A DNA stretch of 54,885 nt from assembly GCA_012974305.1 (NCBI GenBank), contig JAAXQN010000202.1, positions 1-54,885 on the forward strand. The letters run 5' to 3'. The notes beneath the pieces are model-generated. The model was not told the DNA's origin. It saw nothing but the letters and a program-made list of their open reading frames with translations, and did no database searches. Both the position numbers and the translations under genes were made by a program. The DNA is from Candidatus Methylomirabilis sp. (GTDB lineage Bacteria > Methylomirabilota > Methylomirabilia > Methylomirabilales > CSP1-5). The stretch's first letter is position 1; each line of letters begins with the position of its first letter. This document shows, one piece after another, positions 7,987 through 17,007 of the stretch.

Positions 7987-8367
7987 ATGAGGGTAGGTTT
8001 CTTGAGAGGGCACGTGGTGGTTTTTTCTGTGATCGTTGGGCTGGTCGCGGGGATGCCCGCCCGTACTCTCGCCCAAGTCGAACCCCAGGAACAGTCTCAA
8101 GGGTCCGCGGAGCAGAAACAGGCCAAGGGCACCCCGTCAGGAGAATCTGGGGTCGAGGGTGCAGCCCTAAAGGCGACCAGCGTGCTCGTGAGTGCTGGCC
8201 AAGTTCCGCTCCGTGCGGCGACCTGTGGGGCTACTTTCGTGGTGGCGGGACTTGCCTATCTCCTCACCGTATTTGATAAAGAGGCGCGTCAGGGCCCGGC
8301 CGGCGCCATCAAGCGGGTCTGTGAAGGCCCGTACATTACTACGCCTGAAGACCTGAGGGGGGACTGA
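7987..8367 (+). CDS. hypothetical exported protein
   Basis: 126 aa with a signal-like N-terminus ending ARTLAQ and a C-terminal hydrophobic helix. Confidence 0.45.
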   Translation: MRVGFLRGHVVVFSVIVGLVAGMPARTLAQVEPQEQSQGSAEQKQAKGTPSGESGVEGAALKATSVLVSAGQVPLRAATCGATFVVAGLAYLLTVFDKEARQGPAGAIKRVCEGPYITTPEDLRGD

Positions 8368-8388
8368 GCTCCTCCCCATGGCGCAAGT

Positions 8389-8508
8389 ATGGATTTTCCG
8401 GTGAATTGCCCTTCTTGTGGATGGAGCGGGCAGATCGATGAGGCAAGGCCCGGCCCTTCGGTTGCCCTGTGTCCGGCCTGCGGCAAACCACTCTTTCCCG
8501 AAGAATAG
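8389..8508 (+). CDS. 39-aa zinc-ribbon protein (hypothetical)
   Basis: MDFPVNCPSCGWSGQIDEARPGPSVALCPACGKPLFPEE contains two CxxC pairs. Confidence 0.3.
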   Translation: MDFPVNCPSCGWSGQIDEARPGPSVALCPACGKPLFPEE

Positions 8509-8596
8509 GATCTGAGCGCAGAACGGTGTCTGTACCGCCCGGATCTGTAAACAAGCAGCGATCCCGGGTGGGGTTGCCGGAACAGAGGGGTGTGGG

Positions 8597-8842
8597 TTAC
8601 CCGACCTGCCGTCGCCTGAGAGGCCGGAGTTTGAAGGTGTTGAGAGAGGCAGAGCAAATGCTGTTGGCGCACCGGTACACGCGGAAAAGGAACCAGTGGG
8701 TCTGCCCGCTCGGAATGAGGTAGCACCCGCAGTGGGGACAGAGACGGTGGTCGGCATAATGCTCTTCAACGTACCGGCGGATCTCGTGGAGACTAGACAT
8801 GACCTCGCCGCTCGGGCTGAGAAAGAGGTACTCGGTAATCAT
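8597..8842 (-). CDS. Cys-rich small hypothetical protein
   Basis: The start is taken at the internal Met preceded by RBS AAGGAAG. Contains CPHCGC and CANSIC. Confidence 0.4.
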   Translation of the reverse strand: MITEYLFLSPSGEVMSSLHEIRRYVEEHYADHRLCPHCGCYLIPSGQTHWFLFRVYRCANSICSASLNTFKLRPLRRRQVG

Positions 8843-8903
8843 GGAACTTCCTTGGTTGCGGTCCCACGCGGCCCAGGCTTCCGCGGCAGGAACTTTCGAG
8901 AGG

Positions 8904-8999
8904 CTAATCTTGAAGTTCCCGACGGGCCCTCCGGCTGGCCAGCCAAATGACACCCAAGATCACCCCAAACCAGAGGACCTCGAAAACAACTAGTTCCAT
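8904..8999 (-). CDS. 31-aa single-TM hypothetical peptide
   Basis: MELVVFEVLWFGVILGVIWLASRRARRELQD with RBS AGGAGGAGCGGA just upstream. Confidence 0.3.
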   Translation of the reverse strand: MELVVFEVLWFGVILGVIWLASRRARRELQD

Positions 9000-9186
9000 T
9001 CCGCTCCTCCTGTGGTCTGGAGTTCTTCGGGGAGGCCAGTATACTTGTTCTCGGACCTGTGTCAATGGCTTATCGGCTGAGAGTTCTTTCAGATCGCGTC
9101 GGGCTGTTCGCAGATCTAGGCAGTTAAGAAGTCCGCTGAGCGGAGGAGGGATTGGCCGATATCCCGATCCTTGCTATGATAAATGG

Positions 9187-9501
9187 GTGAGACGAGCTGT
9201 TACAGGAGTTCTACTAGTGGCCCTCCTGGTTATGGCTGCGGCCTGTGCTGTGACGCGGGCCGAAGTCCAAGAGTGGCAAGGGAGGATTGTTGAGATTGAT
9301 CGGGAGCGGGAATATTTCGTGGTACGTTCCCGAGAACGATTGATCGACCACGTGTTTCGGATCACCCCCAACACTGAAATCACCTCGAAGGCCTTGTCGC
9401 CACTCCCCCTCGAAACCGGCCAATGGGTCACCGTGGAATACCACAAGGACGGAACGCAGCCCGGGCCACCCACTGCCCTCCGGATTGTTGTGGTTCAGTA
9501 G
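9187..9501 (+). CDS. hypothetical lipoprotein
   Basis: GTG start. Signal plus lipobox LVMAAAC, then a small beta-rich domain. Confidence 0.45.
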   Translation: MRRAVTGVLLVALLVMAAACAVTRAEVQEWQGRIVEIDREREYFVVRSRERLIDHVFRITPNTEITSKALSPLPLETGQWVTVEYHKDGTQPGPPTALRIVVVQ

Positions 9502-9541
9502 GACATTCGGCAATCTGTGGATCGGGCCTCCTACTGGGTAT

Positions 9542-9754
9542 TTACATCTTATATAGTTCGAGATATCCACACTGCGGACAGCTAAAGGGGCTGACCGTCA
9601 GAACCCTGCTCAGATCTGTTTCGAACGTTCCATCCAATAGCCGCTTGCCGGCTACCAGGGCGAAGACGTAGACCTCGTCCGTCTCCTTCCCGTATTCGAT
9701 CCAGGAAGATCCTCCACACTTGGGACATGGCTGTTTCGGTCCTTCCATTTCCAC
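9542..9754 (-). CDS. 70-aa zinc-ribbon protein (hypothetical)
   Basis: Contains CPKCGG ... CPQCG pairs. Confidence 0.5.
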   Translation of the reverse strand: MEMEGPKQPCPKCGGSSWIEYGKETDEVYVFALVAGKRLLDGTFETDLSRVLTVSPFSCPQCGYLELYKM

Positions 9755-9978
9755 CCCTTCTTTTTTTTAGCGTCTCAAGAACGAGGGCTCAGTTGAATCA
9801 TAGCTGTCGCCATTCCGTCTCCTCGTCTCGATTTCCCTTGGTCCAGTGGACGCGCGAAAGCCCCTGTAGGTTAGCCTTAGTCGTAATGAGATTCCAGCGA
9901 AATTTCTTCCGAAGAGGATCTAGAGCAAGGCAAGAAGTGAGAGAGAGGGAGATCGACGGGCTCCGCAGCCTGTCCTTC

Positions 9979-10377
9979 CTACAAGGTCTGGATCTTCTGG
10001 AGCCACTCCTTGGAGGGGATAACGCAGAGAAAGCCTAAGGGCTCGTCGCTGATACTTTCGAACTGGTGCTGTTCATGCTGGGGAATATAAATGACATCAC
10101 CGGGCCCGATCTCGTGGATCTCCCATCCCAGAAGGACCCGTGCCCGGCCTTTCATGATCATGATCCCCTGATCATGGAGGTGATGTTCGAACGAGGATTG
10201 ACCACCGGGCGGGATCTCGAAGTAGCGCATGGCAAAATTCTGTGCCCCATCCGTCGGCCCGATGATGACGTGGCGGCAACTCCCCTCGCTAGCTCCGCCC
10301 CCTTGATAGGGTTCTATCTCGATACCTTCCCATTCGAAGTTACCGTCCTTGCCAATTTGCTTGTGTACTGTGCCCAT
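9979..10377 (-). CDS. cupin-domain protein
   Basis: 132 aa with cupin motifs (PGGQSSFEHHLHDQG ... GDVIYIPQHEQHQF). Confidence 0.8.
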   Translation of the reverse strand: MGTVHKQIGKDGNFEWEGIEIEPYQGGGASEGSCRHVIIGPTDGAQNFAMRYFEIPPGGQSSFEHHLHDQGIMIMKGRARVLLGWEIHEIGPGDVIYIPQHEQHQFESISDEPLGFLCVIPSKEWLQKIQTL

Positions 10378-10390
10378 GGTAGTTTCCTCG

Positions 10391-11437
10391 TCACATAAAG
10401 TTGGGGACGGCTCCGCCGTGCAGGTTCGAAATCCGCTCGGCCATTCCCCGTTGAAAGCCCACCTGGACTAGGCGCTTTACGCGGGTGGCATGCATCTCCC
10501 TGTACAATTCCCTGACCCGCTCGCGTCCTTCGGCCACCTGCTCGGGAGCCGAGCCGCCACCTGCGAGGACTGCCAAAGCATGCTGAACGAAGGGGCTGGC
10601 CCCGGCGGCCTGCCGGAGAAAGGCGGCCCTTGCCTCAGCCGCCTGGTAGAGCTGCAGTACTAGGGCCGGATCGTGTTTGAGGTGATAGGTAAGGTGGGAT
10701 ACGCCGTATCCCACATGCCGGCCCTCATCCTGCCGGGCCAACTTGAAGATCTGGGCGGTGACCGGATCCGGGGCCACTTCTTCGAGGAACATCAGGAGTT
10801 CCATAAAAGTTCCCTCCCCGAGGATGTGGAGAAGGAAGGAGGCGCTGGTGAAGTCCTCTTGGTTGAGGAGGCTCTTCAGGGACCACTCGGTCGCGGCCGA
10901 GACGTACTGGAGGCCCCCACCATTGGCCAACGCGCGCTTGGTGAAGACCTCCACGTGACGTGCCTCGTCGTCCACCTGACTCGCTAGGAAAAGGATGACC
11001 TCAGTGAAGCGGGGGTCCACCCGGGTCAGCAGCTTTGCGGGGAGGTACAGAGCCAGGTATTCGTTCTGGATCATGAAGGTGCAGATCTGACAGGTTGCCC
11101 GCTCCAGATCCTCCGGCAAGGGTTTGAGGTCCTGCCACGGAATGTCGGTGGTCGCATCCCACTTTCCCGCCTTGGCCTGCTCCACCAGGTCAGCGATGTT
11201 TTCGGCCCAGACCACCGCTTTCTTGTTTACCGGAAAATCAAAATGCGGAGTGTGAGGGTCCACCACCGAGCCTCGTTGGGCGAGTCCCCAATGAGGTGGG
11301 GCATCTTCTGGCACCTCGCCCGCTTGACCCACAAAGCAGTCCCGCAGGTCAATCCCCCCGCCATCTCGGGGCGGAACGCGAATGCCCCAATCAGGTTCAC
11401 CCCAGTTCGTTGTGTCCGGTATTTTGATCTCCGTCAT
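10391..11437 (-). CDS. ferritin-like diiron protein (putative diiron oxygenase)
   Basis: 348 aa with two E...ExxH units: QNEYL...DDEARH and GEGTFMEL...QDEGRH. Confidence 0.65.
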   Translation of the reverse strand: MTEIKIPDTTNWGEPDWGIRVPPRDGGGIDLRDCFVGQAGEVPEDAPPHWGLAQRGSVVDPHTPHFDFPVNKKAVVWAENIADLVEQAKAGKWDATTDIPWQDLKPLPEDLERATCQICTFMIQNEYLALYLPAKLLTRVDPRFTEVILFLASQVDDEARHVEVFTKRALANGGGLQYVSAATEWSLKSLLNQEDFTSASFLLHILGEGTFMELLMFLEEVAPDPVTAQIFKLARQDEGRHVGYGVSHLTYHLKHDPALVLQLYQAAEARAAFLRQAAGASPFVQHALAVLAGGGSAPEQVAEGRERVRELYREMHATRVKRLVQVGFQRGMAERISNLHGGAVPNFM

Positions 11438-11526
11438 TGGTCATCCCCCTTCTTGAATCGAAGATTTCGGTCTGCATTGGTGTAATAAGCCTGTAGTCTA
11501 ACAAGACCCTGGCCTGGTGAGAAGCC

Positions 11527-11781
11527 CTAAAGATACTCCTCCTCTCGCTGGGGAGGAAAGTCCATTTTTCCGGGCGGAGAAAGAATCTGTGGTCCCTCAA
11601 GAGTGGCCCGGGCCTCATCGAGGAGTTTCTGAACATGCTCAGTGACAGTCTGTTTTTCTGTAGAGACGAGGTCAAAGTATCTACGGTGAGGATAGAGTTC
11701 CCTGGCAACGCCGAGCATGAGATGGCCCAGAGTGGCGGCGATGAGGGTCCGATACAGAGGATCCTGACCTTCTGGCTTCAT
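11527..11781 (-). CDS. hypothetical protein
   Basis: The start is taken at Met11 of the ORF, preceded by RBS GGGAGG. No recognisable motif. Confidence 0.4.
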   Translation of the reverse strand: MKPEGQDPLYRTLIAATLGHLMLGVARELYPHRRYFDLVSTEKQTVTEHVQKLLDEARATLEGPQILSPPGKMDFPPQREEEYL

Positions 11782-12002
11782 CGTTGCCTCCCTTCCCTTT
11801 GACGATGACAATCAGGATTGTCCCTCCGCGTTTGAAACCGGTGCGACGATTGAGCTAGGGTTCGATTGTTCTATCGGATTCGATGGGTGGCGGCAAGCCG
11901 GTCCCCTTGGGCGTGCAGACAGCCGATGGGTAATTGTCCCGCTGATCGCTGACTGTCAACAGCTAGATCTCGTCTGTGTTGGGGATTGCCAGGGAAGAAA
12001 GA

Positions 12003-12034
12003 GGGGATTCCCGACTGATCGTCAGGGAATCCCC
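12003..12034 (-). terminator. rho-independent terminator
   Basis: Perfect 10-bp inverted repeat GGGGATTCCC/GGGAATCCCC, followed on the minus strand by CTCTTTCTT. It lies downstream of the 12115-12306 gene. Confidence 0.6.
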
Positions 12035-12114
12035 CAAAAGGAAGAGGTTCCGTGGTCTATTGAATGGATGACAACGACGAACACCTGGCTCCATTAATGG
12101 AGCCCAAGCCGATT

Positions 12115-12306
12115 TCAGCCTCGTGTAGGAGAGGAGACGCTGCCGACTAGCTGCCCATCGGCATTCTGATCATGAGCCTCGCGTACCCCCTGCCGTCGAT
12201 CTTCCTCGATCGCAGCAACGATAGCTTTCTCCGCACAGCTCATACAAATCATTCCGCCATGCTCACACGTCTCGAAGGCCTGAATTGCCCACTCTTTCGA
12301 AGTCAT
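12115..12306 (-). CDS. small Cys-containing hypothetical protein
   Basis: Begins MTSKEWAIQAFETCEHGGMICMSCAEKAIV, with a G-rich RBS before the internal Met. Confidence 0.4.
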   Translation of the reverse strand: MTSKEWAIQAFETCEHGGMICMSCAEKAIVAAIEEDRRQGVREAHDQNADGQLVGSVSSPTRG

Positions 12307-12578
12307 CCCTTCACCCCCTACGCAGGGCCGATCTTTGCCCTGCACTCGCTCTACACATCCCGAAGATACGAGTGTAGATACAGTGCAAAATGCGGACCAC
12401 CTCCCCCTTATAGTAACTAGCTGAATCTACGCACGCGACTGAACTGGCCTGTATTCGCACGGTGGCAAAAAGACCACTCAGTTATGGTCTACCTGGCGCA
12501 CTTTCTCTTAGAGGAGTTGGCCGGAGGGATGAGAGGGCTTGGTGAGGGTCCTAGAGGACGTTGGGCTACCAATGAGGT

Positions 12579-12654
12579 TGGTGACCCGTGCAGGATTCGA
12601 ACCTGCGGCCCCCTGCTTAAAAGGCAGGTGCTCTGCCAGCTGAGCTAACGGGTC
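12579..12654 (-). tRNA. tRNA-Lys (anticodon UUU), CCA encoded
   Basis: Reverse complement GACCCGTTAGCTCAGCTGGCAGAGCACCTGCCTTTTAAGCAGGGGGCCGCAGGTTCGAATCCTGCACGGGTCACCA folds as a cloverleaf. The anticodon loop is CTTTTAA. Confidence 0.9.
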
Positions 12655-12822
12655 ACAGGCTCATTATAGCAATGGGGGCACGACACTCAAGGACGAATAG
12701 CATCCGCCGTCGCCTTGCGGCCTTCAGTAGAAGATTTCCGACCCGGGCCTCCCCCTTCAACTCGGGCTCCCCGGGACCGGAAGCGGTTCATTGGGAGGGC
12801 CACGGAGCGTGCAGGCGACAGA

Positions 12823-14148
12823 TCACGATTCGCTTTTGTATAGAGCGAGCATCCTCCTGATGTTTTCTGTGTTCATGAACAGAGCAATAAGAACCAAAAT
12901 CGAAAGGGGCTGATTCACCAAACCTCCAAGAAAGATGAGAAAGATTCTGGCATCACGGCCCATTCGAAAATAATGCTCTCCCCGACCAAGTTTTCTTTGC
13001 ATGAATTGGTCATACTTGTCAGCGGTATAGCTGTTCATGAATGTCCCGAGAATTGCCAGAAAGCCGATAACGATAATCAGAAAATCCTTATTCGGAGAGT
13101 AGACATGATACGTCAAGCCGAGGAGGAGAAATCCATCAGCATAGCGATCGAGGACGGCATCAAACCACCCACCAAATTCCGTCATTCGGGATTTTAGTCT
13201 CGCAATCTCCCCATCACAACCATCAATGACCGAGGCAAGTTGTGCCAGTGTGGCGCCAATGAGGAGCGGAATATATCCTGCGAAAAAGAAGAAAACCGCG
13301 CCAAGCATCGAGAGGACAAATGAAAAGAAGGAGACACCGTTGGGGGTAATCGTGGTTTTTAAGAGATGTTTAGTGATTCTGGTCGAGAGGGGCCTGTTGA
13401 GGTATCGTGAGATCACGCCGTCAGAAGGCTTTTCCAACGTGGCTAAGAGTTGACCTTCGGCCTTCCTGAGCGACATGTCATCATCCACATCAATCCAGAA
13501 CGCATCCTGAATGTCAGCCGCTTTGGCCTTCCCTTTTTGAGCCAGTACCCGAATTCCCCCGGACAGTGAGCCAACACCACGATGCACGCTTTCCTCAATG
13601 GCAGGAAATATGGCGGGTGAACACAGAAAAACCCCGGTATCGTACGCGTTATACTTCTTGATGTCCTTGCCGATGTCCAGGATGAGGCCGTCCTCAACCA
13701 GCACCTTCGTTACATCATGGGGATCCACAAACTTGTTTCCATGGATGTTGTAATCAACGGCCAGGATGACCTCATCTTCGCCGATGGATCGATTCTTAAG
13801 GGACAGTAAGATTGATTCATCGAGGATGTGGTCCGCCATTATGAGGATAAAATTGTCATTCAGGACCGTCTTTGCCTTGAGAACGGAGAAACCGTTTTCC
13901 TTCTCCCAGTCTTCGTTTATTAGATGGCTGATTCTTACGTTTCGGGAAGAAGCCATGCGGTCCAAGGCGTGACGGACTCTTTCGCCATTGTACCCGCTGA
14001 CCACAAAGAAGTCATTCAGCCGGGCACTGTTTGCGGTGAGAATGACCCGTTCGACTAGGGGCAATCCCAACAGTCGAATAAGCGGCTTGGGGTCCGTTTG
14101 CGAGAAAAACCGTCTCCCCCGTCCTGCAGCGATGATGAGGCAGTTCAT
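12823..14148 (-). CDS. bifunctional nucleotidyltransferase / CDP-alcohol phosphatidyltransferase (IPCT/DIPPS-like)
   Basis: 441 aa. The N-terminal NTP-transferase fold begins LIIAAGRGRRF. The C-terminal membrane domain carries the exact CDP-OH-P motif DGEIAR-x8-G-x3-D-x3-D (around 13150-13230). AT-richer than its flanks. Confidence 0.75.
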   Translation of the reverse strand: MNCLIIAAGRGRRFFSQTDPKPLIRLLGLPLVERVILTANSARLNDFFVVSGYNGERVRHALDRMASSRNVRISHLINEDWEKENGFSVLKAKTVLNDNFILIMADHILDESILLSLKNRSIGEDEVILAVDYNIHGNKFVDPHDVTKVLVEDGLILDIGKDIKKYNAYDTGVFLCSPAIFPAIEESVHRGVGSLSGGIRVLAQKGKAKAADIQDAFWIDVDDDMSLRKAEGQLLATLEKPSDGVISRYLNRPLSTRITKHLLKTTITPNGVSFFSFVLSMLGAVFFFFAGYIPLLIGATLAQLASVIDGCDGEIARLKSRMTEFGGWFDAVLDRYADGFLLLGLTYHVYSPNKDFLIIVIGFLAILGTFMNSYTADKYDQFMQRKLGRGEHYFRMGRDARIFLIFLGGLVNQPLSILVLIALFMNTENIRRMLALYKSES

Positions 14149-14418
14149 ATCGGGTCTCGATCCTCTGAAGAATTGTTCGGTTAATTGATGTGTTTCACCG
14201 CAGGGACGCTTCTGGAGTGCTTCATAAAATGGGCCAGAGGTAAAAAGAGAATTCCTGTCCTGGCCAGAACCCGTGTGGGACCCCCGAGGAGATTGCCTCA
14301 GGGGGGGCCTTAATATCGCCTACCTTTATATGGTGTGTCAAGCCCAAGCATTTCCTGGCTGGAAAGATAGCTCAGACGAGCCAGACCTCGATTGGAAGAA
14401 TATCTTGCGTGGGCCGCG

Positions 14419-15723
14419 CTAGATCAAGCCCCACTGCTTGAAGGATGGGGTCGGCAGAAGAATGGTCTGGTCCCGCTCGGGACCCGTGGAGATGAGCGAG
14501 ATGTCAATGCCGAGCATGGTTTCCAAGCGATCCAAAAATGCCCGACACTTTTTCGGGAGTTCCCCAATGGACTGGCGCCCCAGCGTGCTCTCTTGCCATC
14601 CCTCTATCTCCTCATAAAGCGGCTGGCATTCCTGGAGGATGTCGGTCTCGTTGGGAAATCCCTCCAGGGTTTGTCCACGGTACCGATACGCCAGACAAAT
14701 CTGAACCACCGGGAAGGAGTCTAGGACATCCAGCTTCGTGAGTGCCAGAGTGGTTATACCGTTTACCCGGATGGCATATCGGAGGGAGGTTGCGTCGAGC
14801 CACCCGCATCGCCTGGGCCTCCCCGTGGTGGCCCCAAACTCTTCTCCGCGCTTACGCAGTTCCTCGCCGGTACGATCCCCGAGCTCCGTGGGAAATGGAC
14901 CCTCTCCCACCCGCGTCGTATAGGCCTTCATGACACCCAAGACTCCGTCAATCCGGGACGGTCCGACCCCGGTTCCAATGCAGGCGCCTCCAGCTGTTGC
15001 ACTGCTTGAGGTGACATACGGATACGTTCCCAGATCTATATCCAGGAGTGTCCCCTGCGCTCCCTCAAAAAGAATATTCTTGCCCTCTTCAATCATCCCG
15101 TTCAGAACCGCCGAGGCATCTACGAGAAAGGGCTGGACCTCGGCGAAGTGGACCATCTGTTCGTCAAAGATGGTCTCGGGGTCGAGGGTGTGGAGGGCGC
15201 TTTCCTTCGGGGCATGAGCCTTCTTCTCGGACAAGTTGGCGCACAGTCGACCTCGGAAGAGGGCCGGATCGAGGAGATCCCCGATTCGGATTCCCACTCT
15301 GGCCACCTTATCGGAGTACGCCGGACCGATCCCGCGTCCGGTGGTCCCGATGGGTCGGGCGGTGTTTTGCTCCCGTTCCCTGTCCAGAATCTTGTGATAC
15401 GGGAGAACCAGGTGGGCATTTTTTCCGATGAAGAGATGCCCCTCCGGATCCACGGCCAGGCGGCGGAGCTGGTTGAGTTCGTGGGTGAGCCCCGGAAGAT
15501 CGACCACCACCCCGTTTCCTAGGATGCACGTTTTCCCTTTCCGGAGGATTCCGGAGGGAACCAGGTGCAGGACCACCTTCTCCCTCCCCACGACCACCGT
15601 GTGTCCCGCGTTGTTTCCCCCCTGATAGCGGGCCACGGCGTCGAAAGATTCGCTGATGGTGTCAACAATCTTTCCCTTCCCCTCGTCGCCCCACTGGGTG
15701 CCCACCACGATCACGTTGGCCAT
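14419..15723 (-). CDS. purA: adenylosuccinate synthase
   Basis: MANVIVVGTQWGDEGKGK P-loop and full-length similarity. The start is taken at the internal Met. Confidence 0.9.
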   Translation of the reverse strand: MANVIVVGTQWGDEGKGKIVDTISESFDAVARYQGGNNAGHTVVVGREKVVLHLVPSGILRKGKTCILGNGVVVDLPGLTHELNQLRRLAVDPEGHLFIGKNAHLVLPYHKILDREREQNTARPIGTTGRGIGPAYSDKVARVGIRIGDLLDPALFRGRLCANLSEKKAHAPKESALHTLDPETIFDEQMVHFAEVQPFLVDASAVLNGMIEEGKNILFEGAQGTLLDIDLGTYPYVTSSSATAGGACIGTGVGPSRIDGVLGVMKAYTTRVGEGPFPTELGDRTGEELRKRGEEFGATTGRPRRCGWLDATSLRYAIRVNGITTLALTKLDVLDSFPVVQICLAYRYRGQTLEGFPNETDILQECQPLYEEIEGWQESTLGRQSIGELPKKCRAFLDRLETMLGIDISLISTGPERDQTILLPTPSFKQWGLI

Positions 15724-17006
15724 TGGAGAGTCCCATCTTTGACGTGTTGGCAAAACTCTGCAAAGGGGAGTGTTGTTTCGGTCCCCGTCATGAGATCGCG
15801 CAGATTGAGTTCGTTCCGGGGAATTCCTTCGAGCCCTAGGATGATTACTCGGGGGATTGCATTCACCCGAGCATAATCAAGTGACCCCGCCTGGTCGCGC
15901 TGGATGATGTCCCTTGCGACAGCATAGCCCTTACTCCGCAGGGTCTGGGCCAGGTGAAGAGCCTGATGCTTGTCCGGATTAAAGTCGATTATGAGGAAGT
16001 CCGGGCCCTGATCCGCCGGAAGGATACCCTCCACCTCGAGTGCGGCCAGAACCTTCTCCATCTCGAAGGCAAATCCGATGGCGGGGCAAGGATAGCCGAA
16101 GTGGCCAATCAGGTTGTCGTACCGGCCACCACCCCCGATGGGGGAGCCCAAGCCCTCGGTGAAGACTTGGAAAACGACACCGGTGTGGTAGTCAAAAGCG
16201 TACGTCTCTCCGAGGTCAATAATGATGTGCTCGGCCAGGCCGTATGTCTTGAGGATTTTGTAGACCTGTATGAGGTTTTCAAGGGCAAGTCGGGACTGCT
16301 CTGTGACCGCCCAGGCCTTCGCCTTTTCCAGCACCGCTTCGCCACCGTAGAGAGTGGTCAGGTTTAGTATCCCCTCTTTCAGTTTGTCCTCGACAGGAAG
16401 GGGACTCAATGTGAGTTCGAGTTCCACGGCGTCCTTCCGTCGGAGGGCCGAGAGGATCTTTCGACGAAGCTCGGGGGACGGGTTCAGCGCGTTTAGCATC
16501 CCTCGGAGATACTCCACTTGTCCGACGTCGATCTGAAAGCGGGGGATCCCAACTTCCTGGCATCCCTCGACTGCCATGGAAATCATCTCGGCATCCGCCT
16601 CGGGCCGATCGAGGCCGATGAGCTCTACCCCGGCCTGAAAGAACTCCCGGTGCCGTCCTCCCTGGGGTTCCTCATGGCGGAAGACAGAGGCAGAGTAGGC
16701 CAAGCGAAGGGGGAGAGGGTCATGTTGCATCGTCGCAGCCACCATCCGTGCGACCTGGGGGGTCAGATCAGATCGCAGTGCCAGGAGGAGACCGGTCTGT
16801 CGGTCCACGAACTTGAAGGTTTTCCCCTGGTCGCCGTCCCCCGTCCCGTGGGCGAAGACCTCTAGGTATTCAAAGGTGGGGGTTAGAATTTCGCGAAACC
16901 CCCAGCGATGAAAAACAGTCAGGAGCGTCTTCTCTACCCACCTGAGGCGGGCTGCCTCGGGCGGGGAGAGGCCCCGAACCCCTTTAGGAATGGCGGTGGG
17001 GATCAC
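15711..17006 (-). CDS. hisZ: ATP phosphoribosyltransferase regulatory subunit
   Basis: 431 aa with a class-II aaRS-like HisZ pattern (GFREILTPTFEY ... RHREFFQAGVELIG). Overlaps the purA start. Confidence 0.8.
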   Translation of the reverse strand: MIPTAIPKGVRGLSPPEAARLRWVEKTLLTVFHRWGFREILTPTFEYLEVFAHGTGDGDQGKTFKFVDRQTGLLLALRSDLTPQVARMVAATMQHDPLPLRLAYSASVFRHEEPQGGRHREFFQAGVELIGLDRPEADAEMISMAVEGCQEVGIPRFQIDVGQVEYLRGMLNALNPSPELRRKILSALRRKDAVELELTLSPLPVEDKLKEGILNLTTLYGGEAVLEKAKAWAVTEQSRLALENLIQVYKILKTYGLAEHIIIDLGETYAFDYHTGVVFQVFTEGLGSPIGGGGRYDNLIGHFGYPCPAIGFAFEMEKVLAALEVEGILPADQGPDFLIIDFNPDKHQALHLAQTLRSKGYAVARDIIQRDQAGSLDYARVNAIPRVIILGLEGIPRNELNLRDLMTGTETTLPFAEFCQHVKDGTLQWPT

Positions 17007-17007
17007 C

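Noticed and set aside
8167-8769. A 200-aa ORF and overlapping 145-aa ORF on the minus strand
   Set aside because: The products are Pro/Arg/Ser-rich and featureless, overlap better-supported small genes on both strands, and have no RBS.
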